NCBI GenBank assembly: GCA_051294375.1 | Contig: CM119264.1 | Span: 675,611-739,610, forward strand | DNA from: Paraspadella gotoi | Taxonomy: Eukaryota; Animalia; Chaetognatha | Reading direction: 5' to 3' | Length of the DNA: 64,000 nt | In this document: piece by piece, positions 42,052-55,412 of the stretch | Numbering within the stretch: the stretch's first letter is position 1 | How the letters are laid out: the number at the start of each line of letters is the position of its first letter | Translations under genes and position numbers: made by a program | Notes under the pieces: model-generated | Databases searched by the model: none | What the model saw: only the letters and a program-made list of their open reading frames with translations | What the model was told of the DNA's origin: nothing

Positions 42052-42188
42052 GTCCGCCACAAATTCTGGAACCAAACTGAACCGATTCCTTCCTGCGGTT
42101 TTCAAAATCTTGACGTTCGATTTTCCGCCAAATTCGATTGTCCGTCCGTCCAAAGTTTCGACGAAGATCGACCCAAATATCAAGTCAG
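42052..42188 (+). CDS. IgSF protein exon 6 (end of Ig2, start of Ig3)
   Basis: (CT)n cag|GTC CGC...GTC AG|gttcgt. Translates VRHKFWNQTEPIPSCGFQNLDVRFSAKFDCPSVQSFDEDRPKYQV; phases 0/2. Confidence 0.87.
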
Positions 42189-42852
42189 GTTCGTAGACGG
42201 ACGGATGGACTGGGAACAGTAATGCCGGACGGAGAGAGAATGAGACGGACGAACAGACAAGAAGAACAATTAAGATTTGAAAATTTAGTGAAGTAAAGAC
42301 TTACGAACAGACAGATAGACACACGGAGTGGTATTTTAACCGCAGACTCGCTACCTGACTGATGGTGAAACTCACTGACTGACCGACTGGTGATTTGGTC
42401 CGAGGGGGGACTGGCTCACGGAATAGGATACGGACCTATCCAAAGACTGGCAAAAATACTGGCAAAAGGACTAGCCAAAAGACTGGCGAAAGACTGGCAG
42501 ATGAACTGGCGAAAAGGATAAATTAAACGAGTTGTCAACTTGGTAAATGAAATTACGAGCGGATGGACGAACGGACAATTAGACCATCGTTGGGTATTTT
42601 CTTGAGGTAATAAAGGATTATGTTTCTTAATTTTATCGATTACGTAAGTAAAATGTATATATTCAATGAATATATATATTCATGAATAATTTACTTGACC
42701 ATTCATATTTATATTTTAAAAGAAACAGTTTAATACACGAGACGGAGAGTATGAATCATGAAAAGAGAAAAAAATGAAAAATGATAAATTGAAAAATGTG
42801 ACGCGGAATAAGAAGACGAGAAAAAAATAAAATTCCGCCTCGGATGTGATTA

Positions 42853-42938
<86 letters not shown>

Positions 42939-43051
42939 AAGCGTTTTCACGTCGCTTTTGTCGCTCGAACAAAAGGAAGGAATCATTTATGAATTTATTC
43001 TCTTGTCCCTGTAGCTCTTTCTCGGTCTGTCCTGTCTGTCTAGAACTCTCT

Positions 43052-43117
<66 letters not shown>

Positions 43118-43219
43118 TTCCTACAGAGGCTGTATCTCTGCACCTTTTTATTTTGCATTCATCAATTGTTCTTTTGATTTCATTTGTTTTTAAAATTTTT
43201 CTCTTTTTTTCCCCGTTAG

Positions 43220-43319
43220 ATGTCGCATCATTTCGAATCCACCAATCACAGAAGAGAGAATTCTTTTGACTTTGGGCAACGGGACCGACGATTTCTTCTC
43301 AAAGAGTGAACACGTCGAA
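43220..43319 (+). CDS. IgSF protein exon 7 (Ig3, strands B-C')
   Basis: ttttccccgttag|A TGT...GAA|gtaagt. Translates (R)CRIISNPPITEERILLTLGNGTDDFFSKSEHVE, with the C-x-x-x-S-N-P-P Ig motif. Phases 2/0. Confidence 0.88.
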
Positions 43320-43334
43320 GTAAGTTAAAAAAAC

Positions 43335-43865
43335 GGCTCTCTTATTCGACAGTGCCCCATTTCTGTTTCTGTTGATCCGAGAATTTAAATTTAGTATTTA
43401 ACTTAAATAAACTTTTTAATTTATAATCTAATCATTAACCCTTATCTTTAATTTTTAATCCTAGCCTTTAACCCTCAATGCTAGTCCCTAACCTAAATCC
43501 CTATCTCTAATCACTAACCAAGTCTATAACTTTAATCACTAATTTAATTCTTAACCTTAATTCTAACATTTAACCTAATCTTTGATTAAAAATATTAACC
43601 TAATTCCGAATTTATAATGAAATTAGATGTTCTGAAAAAATTAGACTTAAAAGGCTTAATTGAAAAAAAAATAGTATTTAAATTGTTTTTATTTCTGAAC
43701 TTTAAACCTAAATTGTTGACCAATTTATTATCAATTTACCTTTTTAATTAATATTAACCCCTATATTTTTATGTTAATATATTTTAAAAAAATAGTTAAA
43801 TAATTAAATTAAAATTAAATTGAATAATTACAAACAGAAATGTGGCACTTTCGGAGAAGAGGGCC
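43335..43865. mobile_element. MITE-like GGC..GCC TIR element, 15 nt from the exon 7 donor
   Basis: GGCTCTCTTATTCGACAGTGCCCCATTTCTGTTT ... AAACAGAAATGTGGCACTTTCGGAGAAGAGGGCC, with degenerate ccctaa hexamers inside. Related ends at 6628-6805, 18813-18892, 21452 and 51053-51733. Confidence 0.65.
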
Positions 43866-45069
43866 ATTAAAATTTTCATTACATTTTTCTTTGTAAAACA
43901 AAATTTTAAAGAATTAAATGACCCCAAGTATGAAATTTTTGTATTTGATGTCGAAATTATTAATTAATGCGGAATTATGTATTGAATAAATTATACTCAG
44001 AATTCCATTTTTTTAAGTTAAATCGATTTTGGTCATTAGCGATTTTCGTCGCTGAAGAGGACATAAAATGATAAACTATGAACTGAGAGAGAGAGAGAGA
44101 GAGAGAGATTTTTCCTCAACCCCTCAGAACCCTCGTCGTTTTTCATTCGCCGAGATTTCCTTGTTAATAAACGCGCGTCGAATGTCGAAAGAAACGAAGC
44201 CAACGAAGGGCGAAGGCCAATCTTGGCCATATCGAGGCCATTTTTCGGCCACACTTAGGCCACGCTTGACCATTTTGAGGCCACAATTTACCATATTGGC
44301 GCCTTTCTTTGGCACATTAAACAAGTTTTGGTTCCTGGTGCATATTCGGCAATTCCTTTTTTCTCTATTGAGCCTCAAAATAATATTCAATTTGAAGCCA
44401 ACTTATTGACAACCCTTCTCGGTTATTAAGGCCACATATTGGGTTTTCTTGCTTTCTTAGGTTCGAGGCCAACTTTGAGCGTATTGAAAATACTGATTGG
44501 GTTTTCCTAGTTATCTCTTTTTAGCATTTAGCGTTTTAAAAAACTACCTTTCGTACTGTTTAAGCCACTTACGGTATTTTAAGGCCACTCTAGGCCTCTC
44601 AATTTAAATTATTTTTTGCGATAATACGGAAAAGGAGTTTCCATACAGAAAGACAGTTCGTTGCACACTGCACAGTTCGTTGCACAGTCATGTTTTGGTC
44701 GCTAAACGCGCAATTATTTTCTTCATCTTACTCGTCGTCGTCATTGTCGTTTTCGTCGTCGTCTTTGTCTTCGTCGTCTTTGTCGTCATTGTCGTTTTCG
44801 TCGTCGTCGTTTTCGTCATCATCTTCTTCATTGTCGTCGTTTTCTTTATCGTCGTCGTCGTTGTGTTTTTCGTTGTCTTTGTCGTTGTCTTTGTCGTTGT
44901 CTTTGTCGTTGTCTTTGTCTTTGTCGTCACCGTCATCGTCGTCATCGTCGTCACCGTCATCGTCGTTATTGTCGTCGTCGTCGTCGTCGTCGTCGTCGAA
45001 TTAGCGTCAACGGAGGAGAACGACTTAGAAGATTCCGCGCGACGAACCAAAGAATTGAAGAAGAAAAAA

Positions 45070-45149
<80 letters not shown>

Positions 45150-45324
45150 TGAAGGGGTGAAAGTGTGAAAGTGTGAAAATCTTGATATATTCTACTACCT
45201 GAACCAATTAAAATTTTTCTTGCACCAATCGATAGCTCTTTAAAAGAGCTATATTTTTCATTTATATTTTTTAAAAATAAAAAAAAGTGATGTATATAAA
45301 GCTAACTAGTGGCTACATTTATTT

Positions 45325-45650
45325 GCACCGCAGTCTCTCTGGAGGCGTGGGTTCGAATCCAACCGCTGCCACCACATTGAAGGAAAAACTCATGGATTTC
45401 TAGAGGCGAAATCAATATGAGATTTTATTCTGAGAATAAAGGTGACGGTGAGACACGGGCAGGAGTCTTGATCAATGCTACTGAAACTAGAACAAGCTAG
45501 GTCTATTTAGAGCTAATGAAAAGGATCGGTAAAATTTACAGTTCCAATGATTCTGAAAACTGATTGGTCGATTCCAGTTCCATGCTTGACCAATCAGGAT
45601 TCGGCGATTCTATTTCCGCGGAGATCGCCCGAGTCTCCGATCCGATTTGC
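45325..45650 (-). mobile_element. LTR-like element ending in 3' half of tRNA-Leu plus CCA (copy B)
   Basis: + strand reads CAGTCTCTCTGGAGGCGTGGGTTCGAATCCAACCGCTGCCA-CCA (to 45374), then TTTATT at 45424-45429, GACGGTG, GATTGG/CCAATC and CCCGAGTC...GATCCG, all shared with copies A and C. Confidence 0.7.
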
Positions 45651-46100
45651 TTTTGGTGGCTTGATACTCTTGGGATGGTATGGAAACAAAATAATACAAA
45701 AAAACAATTCTAAATAAGTTAAAGTTATAATATTTCTTATCGAGAATTGGAATTTCGAAAGAATTCGGGCGGCGATACTATTTTCTTTCTTACTTAAAAT
45801 AATCGTGATCTCAACTGAAGGGTGAAAGAGTGAAAGAGTGATAGAGTGAACTTGTGAAAGCGTGATGGAGTGAAAGGGCGGAGAGTGATAGAGGAGTAAG
45901 GGTGTTTACAATGGGCGGAGAAAAAGTTTGAAGAGAGGTGAAGTGTGAAAAGGGAAAAGGGAAGTGATAAAACTGATTAAGTGATGAAGTGATAAAACTG
46001 AGAAAGGAAAATAATAAGTTGCTCTCAGTTAAGGAGAGAGAGAGAGAGAGAAGAGAGAGACAGTGAGAAGAGGGAGAGAAAGAGAGAGAGAGGAGAGAGA

Positions 46101-46150
<50 letters not shown>

Positions 46151-46238
46151 AGGTGAGGACTTAAGTTCTTGTGTGTCGTCTCTGCTTGAAAAGAGATTCC
46201 AGTCCAAATTAGAAGCACCGCTCCTTTGGGGAGGCGAC

Positions 46239-46309
<71 letters not shown>

Positions 46310-46463
46310 TGGGTGTGGAAGGAGAGATCAGAATCGTCATTTAATGTTAACGTTATGTGGTTTGTAATTTTGACTAAATTCAAAAAAAAATATAAAACTT
46401 ATCCACTAAATAACTTGTGAACTTGTGAACATAATATTTTAATCTGTAAATGTTTCTTTTTTT

Positions 46464-46504
<41 letters not shown>

Positions 46505-47115
46505 ACCTCTTTCGTCTTTTTTCGGTGACGCGGGATTTTATTATCGTTAAAAATGTTTAATGAAAATTAACATAATAACAAGTTTGAACAAACACATGCG
46601 GGTACTACCCAAGAACATAAGCGGAAAGCAGCTGATCAGATAATTATTTAATAATTAATATTAAATAATTTATTAATTATATATTTCAGCTTGAATTTAT
46701 ATTAACATAAAAATAAAAAAAGGTTAATAAAAATTAATGAAATTCGATCAGGTAGTTTGGTAGGAACAGATTCTGGTCACAGAAAAAGAGGTACCACATT
46801 TTATAATATGAAGCCTTCTGTATATAATATTTATTAATTTGTTAGGTTAAGGCGAGGGACTCGGTTAGGGAATAGGCTAAAGAATTAAGGATAGAGGATA
46901 GGGATAGAGGATAGAGGATAGAGGATAGAGTTTAGGGATGAAGGATACAAATTTGGTTTATAAGCATTAAATTTATTTGGTGGTTGATGGTTAGGGATTA
47001 AGTTAACTTTGACGACAACAACAACGACGACAACAACGACGACAAAGAAGACAACGACGACGACAAAAAAGACAACACCACGACGACAAGAAGACGCTTC
47101 TTTTCAGAACGAGAG

Positions 47116-47207
<92 letters not shown>

Positions 47208-47302
47208 AAGAGAGACCGTCTACCACTTATTTTTTGCCGGTTCAATCATGTGCCTTGCTTCTCTGCGTCTTTCGCCTTTCGCTTAAGACGCGCTCCTCAT
47301 TT

Positions 47303-47388
<86 letters not shown>

Positions 47389-48494
47389 CTCTCTCTTTTG
47401 TTTCACACACATATTGTTCGAACATCGTACGAAAATTCGACAAACTCACTTTATCTCAACTTGTTTAGAAACGACAAAAACGACGACGACGACGACAAAA
47501 AAGACGACAAAAACGACGACAAAAACGACGACGACGACGAAGACGACGACCACAATGATAACGATAACGACAAAGAGTTATCAACTGGAAAGATCAATTC
47601 GTGTCCCCTGGATGCATTTACACATGCACAAAACTTAAGCATAACTATCGTTTAATCAGACTACGTATCGAAGTAAAATATCAATTAAACCAACTAAGTA
47701 TTACGTTAGTGACGTCGCTGGGACTTTCTAGTCACATGTTCGCGTTTGTATATAACTCATTAACATTTTTGCCACATCTTATCAAAAACTACGCGCTATA
47801 AGCCAAGTTATGAGATTTTGAAACATAAGTGGGACGGTCCAAAAGACTGACCGACCGACAGCCCAGCATTTCGAGAGTTAATAATCTTGATTGAGTCAGT
47901 AGGGAAAGATAGCTTGTTCAATTATAATTAGATTAATGATTATATGTTTTTTCGTATTGGTTTTTCTCTCTCGTCAATATTAAAAAAAACTTTCTTTACA
48001 TGAAAGCCGATCGATGTTATAATTTATGATCGTGAGACGTGATAAATGTGGATTGGAGTGGGGAGCGAGATAAAATTAACCTATAAGCTATAATAGTATA
48101 CAAGTTATGTATAAAGTATCGCAAATTATAATTGTATTATTAAAATCGCTGGGAAAAAAAAAGAAAAATGAAAAAAATGAGTCGATCTTAGATTACTTAC
48201 TTTTTAGTTATTCTTTATTTATAACAACAATTATTTGATTAATAATTACATTAATAAATACAAAATAATTAAAAAATTAATTAATTTTTATTTATTTTTA
48301 TACACTTAAATATTAAAAAAAATACTTAATAATAAGTTTATTTATTATATAATTGTTTAATTAAGTAATTATTAAATTATTTAATTTTTATTTCTTCATT
48401 TAATTATCATTATTTATTTATTGAATTAGGTAATTATTTGATTAGTTAACTAATTGTTTAATTAATTTAAATATTTATTTATTAATTAATTAAT

Positions 48495-48590
<96 letters not shown>

Positions 48591-48740
48591 TTAATTTAAC
48601 TTTTCCCTGCTTTCTCTCTGAATTAGAGTCAAAGTCATCAGGCGTCAGGCGTTAATAATCTGTTATGACATCAGACGTCATCGAGTCAACAGTCGAGACG
48701 TCAGGCTGTGAAATGTCATCGCAGCCTGACACGTCTCGCG

Positions 48741-48783
<43 letters not shown>

Positions 48784-48801
48784 CTCTCTCTCTCTCTCTC
48801 T

Positions 48802-48906
<105 letters not shown>

Positions 48907-49066
48907 TCTCTCTCACTCACTCTCTGTTCTCTCTCTCTCTCACCCCTCTCTCTCTCGTCCACTCACCCTGAAAAGGCTGCCTTTCGCCTCCTCTGGATTG
49001 ACCTTTCCTCTCTTTTCTCTCCTCCTTCACTTAGAGAAAAAACTTCCTTTTATAAAGAGTCCTTCA

Positions 49067-49098
<32 letters not shown>

Positions 49099-49171
49099 AG
49101 GAAGGAAAAAACCATTTTCCGATGCAAGCTTAAGTTTTTTTCGTATAGGCTGTGGTTAGTTATTTCCAAGA

Positions 49172-49270
<99 letters not shown>

Positions 49271-49572
49271 CCACATTTTTTTTCTGACGAGGGTTTGTGA
49301 AATATCGCGGCGTCGCTTTTTCGTTTTGTGAGTGAATAATAAAAGTTGTGAAAACATCTCGTTAAAAGTTCAAGTCTTCATTCACTTTGAAGTTAAATGA
49401 TTTTTTTCATTTCCGAATGAGACTCGTATTTTCTTTTCTGAAATTATGGAGTTTTGTATCTCACATGGACCCCGTGTTGTTTTGGCTCGCGATTCGAAAA
49501 AAATGTAAATTTGTTAAAAAACATTTTTTTTTTAAATTTGAATGTGAAAAGAAAAGTGTTGAAATAGAAATA

Positions 49573-50100
49573 GCATAATTGATTAGTGAAACAGGTTTTT
49601 TTGTTTTTTCCATTTAAACTCATTTCCATTCAAACGATTCCATCGAAACTTTATTTCCTGCTTAATCACACACTTTTCTACCCACATATAAAATTTCAGG
49701 TTAATCGCCCCATCCACTCATGAGCAATTGGTGTTCAAATAGTGAAATAATTTTTTGGGTTTTTTCCATTTAAACTCATTTTCACTTGGACTATTCCATC
49801 GAAACTTTATATTTAGCTCAATCACACAATTCCCTACCCACACGCAAAATTTCATTCGAATCCATTAATCCAATCACGAGTAATTGGTGTTTTTTGCAAA
49901 GGTGGGACGGACGGACGGACGGACAGACAGACAGACAGACAGACGGACGGATGGACATCATTTTTTTGCATAATTTATCATAATTCGATGTTCTGACATG
50001 ATTGTGTGAGTGCCCGACAATATTGAGGGGGCGGACCGACGGACCGACAAAGTGAATTATAGAGTCGGGATCTGCTGATAAGCGGATCAGACTAAAAAGA
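49573..50100 (-). mobile_element. HINE/DINE-1-like element copy
   Basis: Reverse complement of 2700-3180, plus the 5' hairpin AGTCGGGATCTGCTGATAAGCGGATCAGACT ending in a T-run. Confidence 0.75.
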
Positions 50101-50280
50101 TGCAGCTCAGCTATCCAAACTCATATTGACATAAAAAATTAGTAAATCTCGGTTTCTAGTTTTAGAATGACTAGTTTTCAGTTATTAAATTAATTAATTA
50201 ATTAGTGAGAGTTGGTTCAGCTTGCTTTTATATTTTATATAAAAGGAAAAAGAATAATCCAAGTTTAAAATTGATTTTTT

Positions 50281-50543
50281 TTTTTGCATTTTAACTCATT
50301 TCCACTTGGACGATTCCATCGAAACTTGATTTCCAGCTCAATCACACACTTTTTTACCTTCACACAAATTTTCAAGTCAATCGCCCCTTACAATCATGAG
50401 TAATTGGCATACAGACAGACATTGATAGACAGACGGTCTGACGGATATCGGTTTATTTCGCATAATTTATCATAATTGGATTTTCTGACACGATCTAAGT
50501 AACTTACCGAAATATGCTGATTCAGCAGATCTTACTAAAAAGA
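50281..50543 (-). mobile_element. HINE-like partial copy
   Basis: One internal unit, (GACA)n and degenerate 5' hairpin CAGCAGATCTTACTAAAAAGA. Confidence 0.6.
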
Positions 50544-51790
50544 ATAAAGACCGTGTCGTCTGCTTGAGCGGGTTCCAAGTCTGAAAGTTTGAAATCTTAT
50601 CCAGCTTTAGTTTATTTACTATAAATTGAATTTGAGTTAAATCTTATTTTTTTCCATATTGGTAAGACTATATATTATATGATTTAAAAAAAAAATAGAT
50701 CTCTGAGTATTATCTGTCAAACAGAAAGCGACTTCATCCTTACCTAAGGTAAGTTATTCTTCGCGCGTGAAGCTTTTTTACGTCAGGTTGGGAATTCGTT
50801 GTCTTCTGCATAAATTCCAAAAATCTGCTGTCGTCGTTTTCGTCGTTGTCGTCGTCGTCGTCGTTATCTTTGTTTTTTTTTATCCTCCTTGTCCTCTTTT
50901 TGATCGTCGTCGTCGTTTTTTTTTTGTCCTCATCGCCAAAAATTGTCTTTGTTTTTCCATAATAGGACAGGACACCATTTCTAAATCGAAAAGAAAAAAA
51001 AAAGAAAAAAAAACATGAAACAAAAAAACAACACAATTTAAAAAAAAAAGTTGGACTTATTTTCTCAGAACGCCCAGTTTCATCTTAAATTCTGAATTAA
51101 AGGTTAATTTTTTTTTATTAAAGATTAAATTTTAGGTTAGAGTTAAGGATAAGGCTAAAGATTAATTTTAGGGATTAGGTTAGTGATAAGGGTAAGGGTT
51201 AGGGTTATGAATTTAAAAACATGTTCAAATATGTATCCCTATCAGAACATACAATTCTACATGGTAATTTTATCCCTATTGGTAAAAAAAAAATCAAATA
51301 TAACTTTGGTCCCCCCTCAAAATTATTTTTCATTCCTACCCTTTTCTGTTCAGCCTTTTAGATATTATAAATTTTTATTAATGACTTTCTAACAGAAATG
51401 ATGTGTGATATCTATTAGAAAACTGGGACAGATTGTAATCTAACCTTGTGTTGTATGATGCTCGCTCTATTTCCAAAAGACAAAATTGACTTCCCTTTTC
51501 CAAATTAAGTTATTATATATAATGATAAGTAAATTTTTTTGGAGAAAGAAAGCAATATATATTTGATTAAATAATATAGATTAAATACTAAATATTTCAT
51601 AAAATATAATGATAAAAAATAGTGAAACAAATAATTTTCAAATTTTTATATTATATTAAAAATTAATATAATAAATATATAAAAATATATATAACAAAGC
51701 GACAGAAATGGGGAACTCTTGGAAAAAAGAGCTAAAAAATTCTGTCTTTCGACTCTAGAGGAAAATCCCTTTGCGATTTGAAATGTAAAT

Positions 51791-51828
51791 TATCACGAAG
51801 GTCGCGGGTTCGAATCCTCCTCGGTACC
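51791..51828 (+). other. tRNA-like B-box fragment
   Basis: AAGGTCGCGGGTTCGAATCCTCCTCGG resembles a T-arm; no A-box or cloverleaf upstream. Confidence 0.45.
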
Positions 51829-52900
51829 TGGAAAGAAAATGGCGCCGAAATGAGGAAGATGGCATCGGTGGTGGATTGTGGCGATTTGTGTGGCATCGCT
51901 GACTGGAAGATGGCAAGGAATGATGTCTTACCGGCGATGTTTTACTGAGCGTGAGTGGAAAGTGGCGACTGAGAATGTGGTATCGAGAAAAAAGATGGCA
52001 TCTGGCAAAATAAAGACGGCATCTTGAAATAGAAAGATAACTAAAAAAATTATGGCATCTTAAAATAAAAATTTTTGGACGGATTAATGGAAACTTTAGA
52101 AAAAGAGATGAAATTTTGAAGAAGAACTGGCACCATAAGAAGAGACGGCATCATGAAAGTTGCCACTAAAAAGATGGCATTTTCAAAACCAGATGGCACC
52201 TCGAAAAAGAAAAAAAATGGCATCAGGAAAAACAAAGTTGGCAGATCGGGCAAAAATGAAAAAAATATTCAGTTCATTCACTAAATGAATTTTCTGTATC
52301 CTGAATCTTTTGTATTTACTGTTACATTAAGTTACATTAAGTGCTACTAGACGAGACGATACCACCATTTATCAAGGGATATTTTTTTTTGGTGAAAAGG
52401 AAATCTCGTTATTATGAAAAATGTTGAGAGCTTATTATTGTTTATTGATTTATTTTTGATTAAATTGTATAAATATACTATTTTTGTCTGTATCTGTTAC
52501 TCTATTTGCTCTTTTGTATGAACTGTTTCAACTAATTGTTGTAAACGAATAAAACACCAATTATCCCGGACATTTTTCAAAGTATTAATACTAATCTTCT
52601 TCATTAACTTTTGAAACCCAAAACCTTTCACCGGTTTTACTTAGAGGTTTACGTTGGTTAAACAAGATTCGTGACTCTGTCTCTCGATTTCTGATCGGTC
52701 GATCTTTATCTATCTCTCCATCTGTCGGAGGACATTGCTCGCTAAAGATAAAGGAGGAAGAGGAGGAGGAGGAGCAGGAGAAGGGGTAGGAGGAAGAGAA
52801 TGACAATTTTAAATATAAATTGATATAGAATTAATTTAATTATAATCGCGTTTGAATCTTAGTTTTTTACTTCTTGTGTCTCATTCTCATTTTTCGCAGC

Positions 52901-52946
<46 letters not shown>

Positions 52947-53016
52947 GTGAAGTGAGATATGTATCTGAAAAGTGAGATTTGGAGAAAGAGCCCGAAAGAG
53001 ATATGAATTAGAATAG

Positions 53017-53086
<70 letters not shown>

Positions 53087-53415
53087 CTAACGTTATGGTG
53101 ACGCATTATGGTTCTTTGCTGTTTTCAGCGTCTGTTTTTTAATGGAACAATTAGAAACTGCGCTCGTTGTTGAGCGAAGCCATTTTCTCCTCAGTGATGC
53201 TTGTGTCTGTCGGCGATATTTTAATCCGTCTGTCTGTCTGTCTCTCTCTGTCTGTCTCAAGATTTCTTTTGTTTAGCTGCGTTTTAAATTAAAATTGTTA
53301 TTAAATTTTTACTGAGTTTAAAAATAAAAGAACTGGAAAAAGCTTTGTTTTAGTAATTTACTTTTAACTCTCTATCGTAGTTAGTTGTCTTTGCATAAAC
53401 CCCCCTCTCTCTCAC

Positions 53416-53450
<35 letters not shown>

Positions 53451-54230
53451 TTGCATAAATCCTCTCGTTTTAACCGAAGCCTTTTCCTCTCTGTCGCTGC
53501 AAAATAAGAAAGAAAAGAAAAGAAAGAAAAAAAAAAGAAAAACAGAAAGCAAATCGTTTTTGTCTCAGGTTTTAGTTCTGAATCAAGAAACGAATTTAGT
53601 TCAAATCGAATTTTATCAAACAAAATAAAGAAGTCGGTCAGTCATTCGATGAGCCAATAAAAACCCGAGCCGTCTTCGTCTGTCAGTAGTTTTCTTTCCT
53701 TTTTTTGTCTTTCTTTTCTTTTCTTTTTTTCTTTTCTATACTTTTCTTTTCTTTTTATTTTTTTATTTATTTTTTTTCTTTTATTTTTTTCTTTTCTTTT
53801 ATTTCTTTTCTTTTTCTTTTATTTCTTTCCTTTTTCTTTTTCTTCTTCTTTTTCTTTCTTTTCATTTACGTATTTCTTTTTTTTTATTTATTTTTCTTTT
53901 CTTTTCATTTTTTTCATTTATTGCTTTTCTTTTTTTTCTCTTTTTTGTTCTTTTTTTTTTAATTTTTTTTAGTTTTCTTTCTCTCTCCTTTCCTCCCTTT
54001 TCCTTCTATCTCCTTTTCTTCCTTTTCCTTCTATCTCCTTTCATTTCTTTTCCTTCTCTCTTCTTTCCTCCCTTTTCCTTCTCTCTTCTTTCCTCCCTTT
54101 TCCTTCTCTCTCCTTTTTCCATATATCGAGAATCCGATTCACCAATAACATCTCCTTCATTCTCTTTCCTGATTCCAAGGCCACTCCAACCAGCTTTATC
54201 TAAAAACCATGATTTCTCGCTCTCACGTCA

Positions 54231-54361
<131 letters not shown>

Positions 54362-54799
54362 ATATGCTTAGGAGAGCAGCATCGATTTTGTCAACAGCAT
54401 CGTAGATCTCGGCAGGCAACGAAAAGAGAGAGAGAGAAAGACCGCTTCTTCGACGTTGGTGCCGATTCTGCAATTTCCAATCCCGCTGATGTTGATGAAG
54501 GGTTTTGAACCGAAGGGATGAAAGAGGATTTGGACACAAGACGTTGGGTCAACAAACAGATTTTGAGGAATGAAGAGTTCAAGTTTGTTTTTCAAGAATC
54601 TGCATCTTAGTCGTAGATTTTTTGGGCAGATGATAAAAACATTATATTTTTAAGCCAAAACGCTGCAATAACTTCCTTTCCGAGTAATAAGGTGACTTCT
54701 GTAACAACGTTCGACATTCTTTATATGATTTCATTAGAAAGTAGTAGTTGCTAAGATTTGTTGTTCTTTCCGAGTCACACAAAAAATAAAAAAAAGAGA

Positions 54800-55095
54800 T
54801 ACAGAACTGGAACCGGATCAAAGACTCGGGAAGAAATCACCGAAATGGAATCAAGCTCTCTGATTGGTGGAGATCCGAATGGAACCGGCTTCCATCCGCC
54901 AGGAAATTTTACCCACGTCTCGGATCCACTTGCAGTAGATTTTGTATCTGATCATTCTGTCCAAAATTGACACCGTCTTCTTGTCTGTTTTTCTATCAAT
55001 AAATTCCTCTTTGGTTTCATGATGAATTCCCTGTCTTCTTACTTAAATGTGGTGGCAGCGGTGGGATTCGAACCCACGCTTCCGTAGAGACTGGA
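54800..55095 (+). mobile_element. LTR-like element ending in antisense 3' half of tRNA-Leu (copy C)
   Basis: GGATC..GACTCGGG, GATTGG, CACCGTCTT and AATAAA (54998-55003), then TG-TGGTGGCAGCGGTGGGATTCGAACCCACGCTTCCGTAGAGACTGG from 55050. Confidence 0.75.
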
Positions 55096-55164
55096 AATAT
55101 TAAACGAATTAGGCCGCATTTCATTTGCTAATGCTAATAACTAAGGTAATAATACTTCATCAAT

Positions 55165-55412
55165 TTTATTCATATTTGGTATGAAAGTGAGTTACTATAA
55201 GACATTTAATGTGCACATGTATCATACTTACTAAGTCACGAGATTAGATTAAAAAGCGATCACATGACCCAAAATCCAATGCGACTTAAACTTGGTTGCT
55301 ATTTTGTTAATTTCGATGAACTTCGAATCTGATCGACGCGAGTACTAACGCTCCCTTTCGTTTTTATAGAAATAATATAAAGAAAAAAGATCTTATTCCA
55401 ATGCAGTGCGAT
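55165..55412 (+). repeat. Dispersed repeat family (also 59335-59570, 40395-40545, fragment 16522-16592)
   Basis: Shared blocks TATGAAAGTGAGTTAC..AGAC.TTTAATGT.CACATGTATCATACTT, GGTTGCTATTTTG, GACT.CTAGCGC and ATTCC.ATGCAG. Confidence 0.6.

Noticed and set aside
44128-44409. Candidate exon NPRRFSFAEISLLIN after an AG at 44127
   Set aside because: No convincing donor, and it runs into AGGCCA-rich repeats; 55673-55792 fits the domain better.
45325-45374. Functional tRNA-Leu gene (also 13052-13098 and 55050-55095)
   Set aside because: Only the 3' half is present, with no D-arm, A-box or anticodon, and CCA is encoded; treated as part of a retroelement.
50725-50748. 24-nt phase-0 microexon KATSSLPK with donor AAG|GTAAGT
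   Set aside because: Weak acceptor and not needed for domain continuity; cannot be supported without RNA data.
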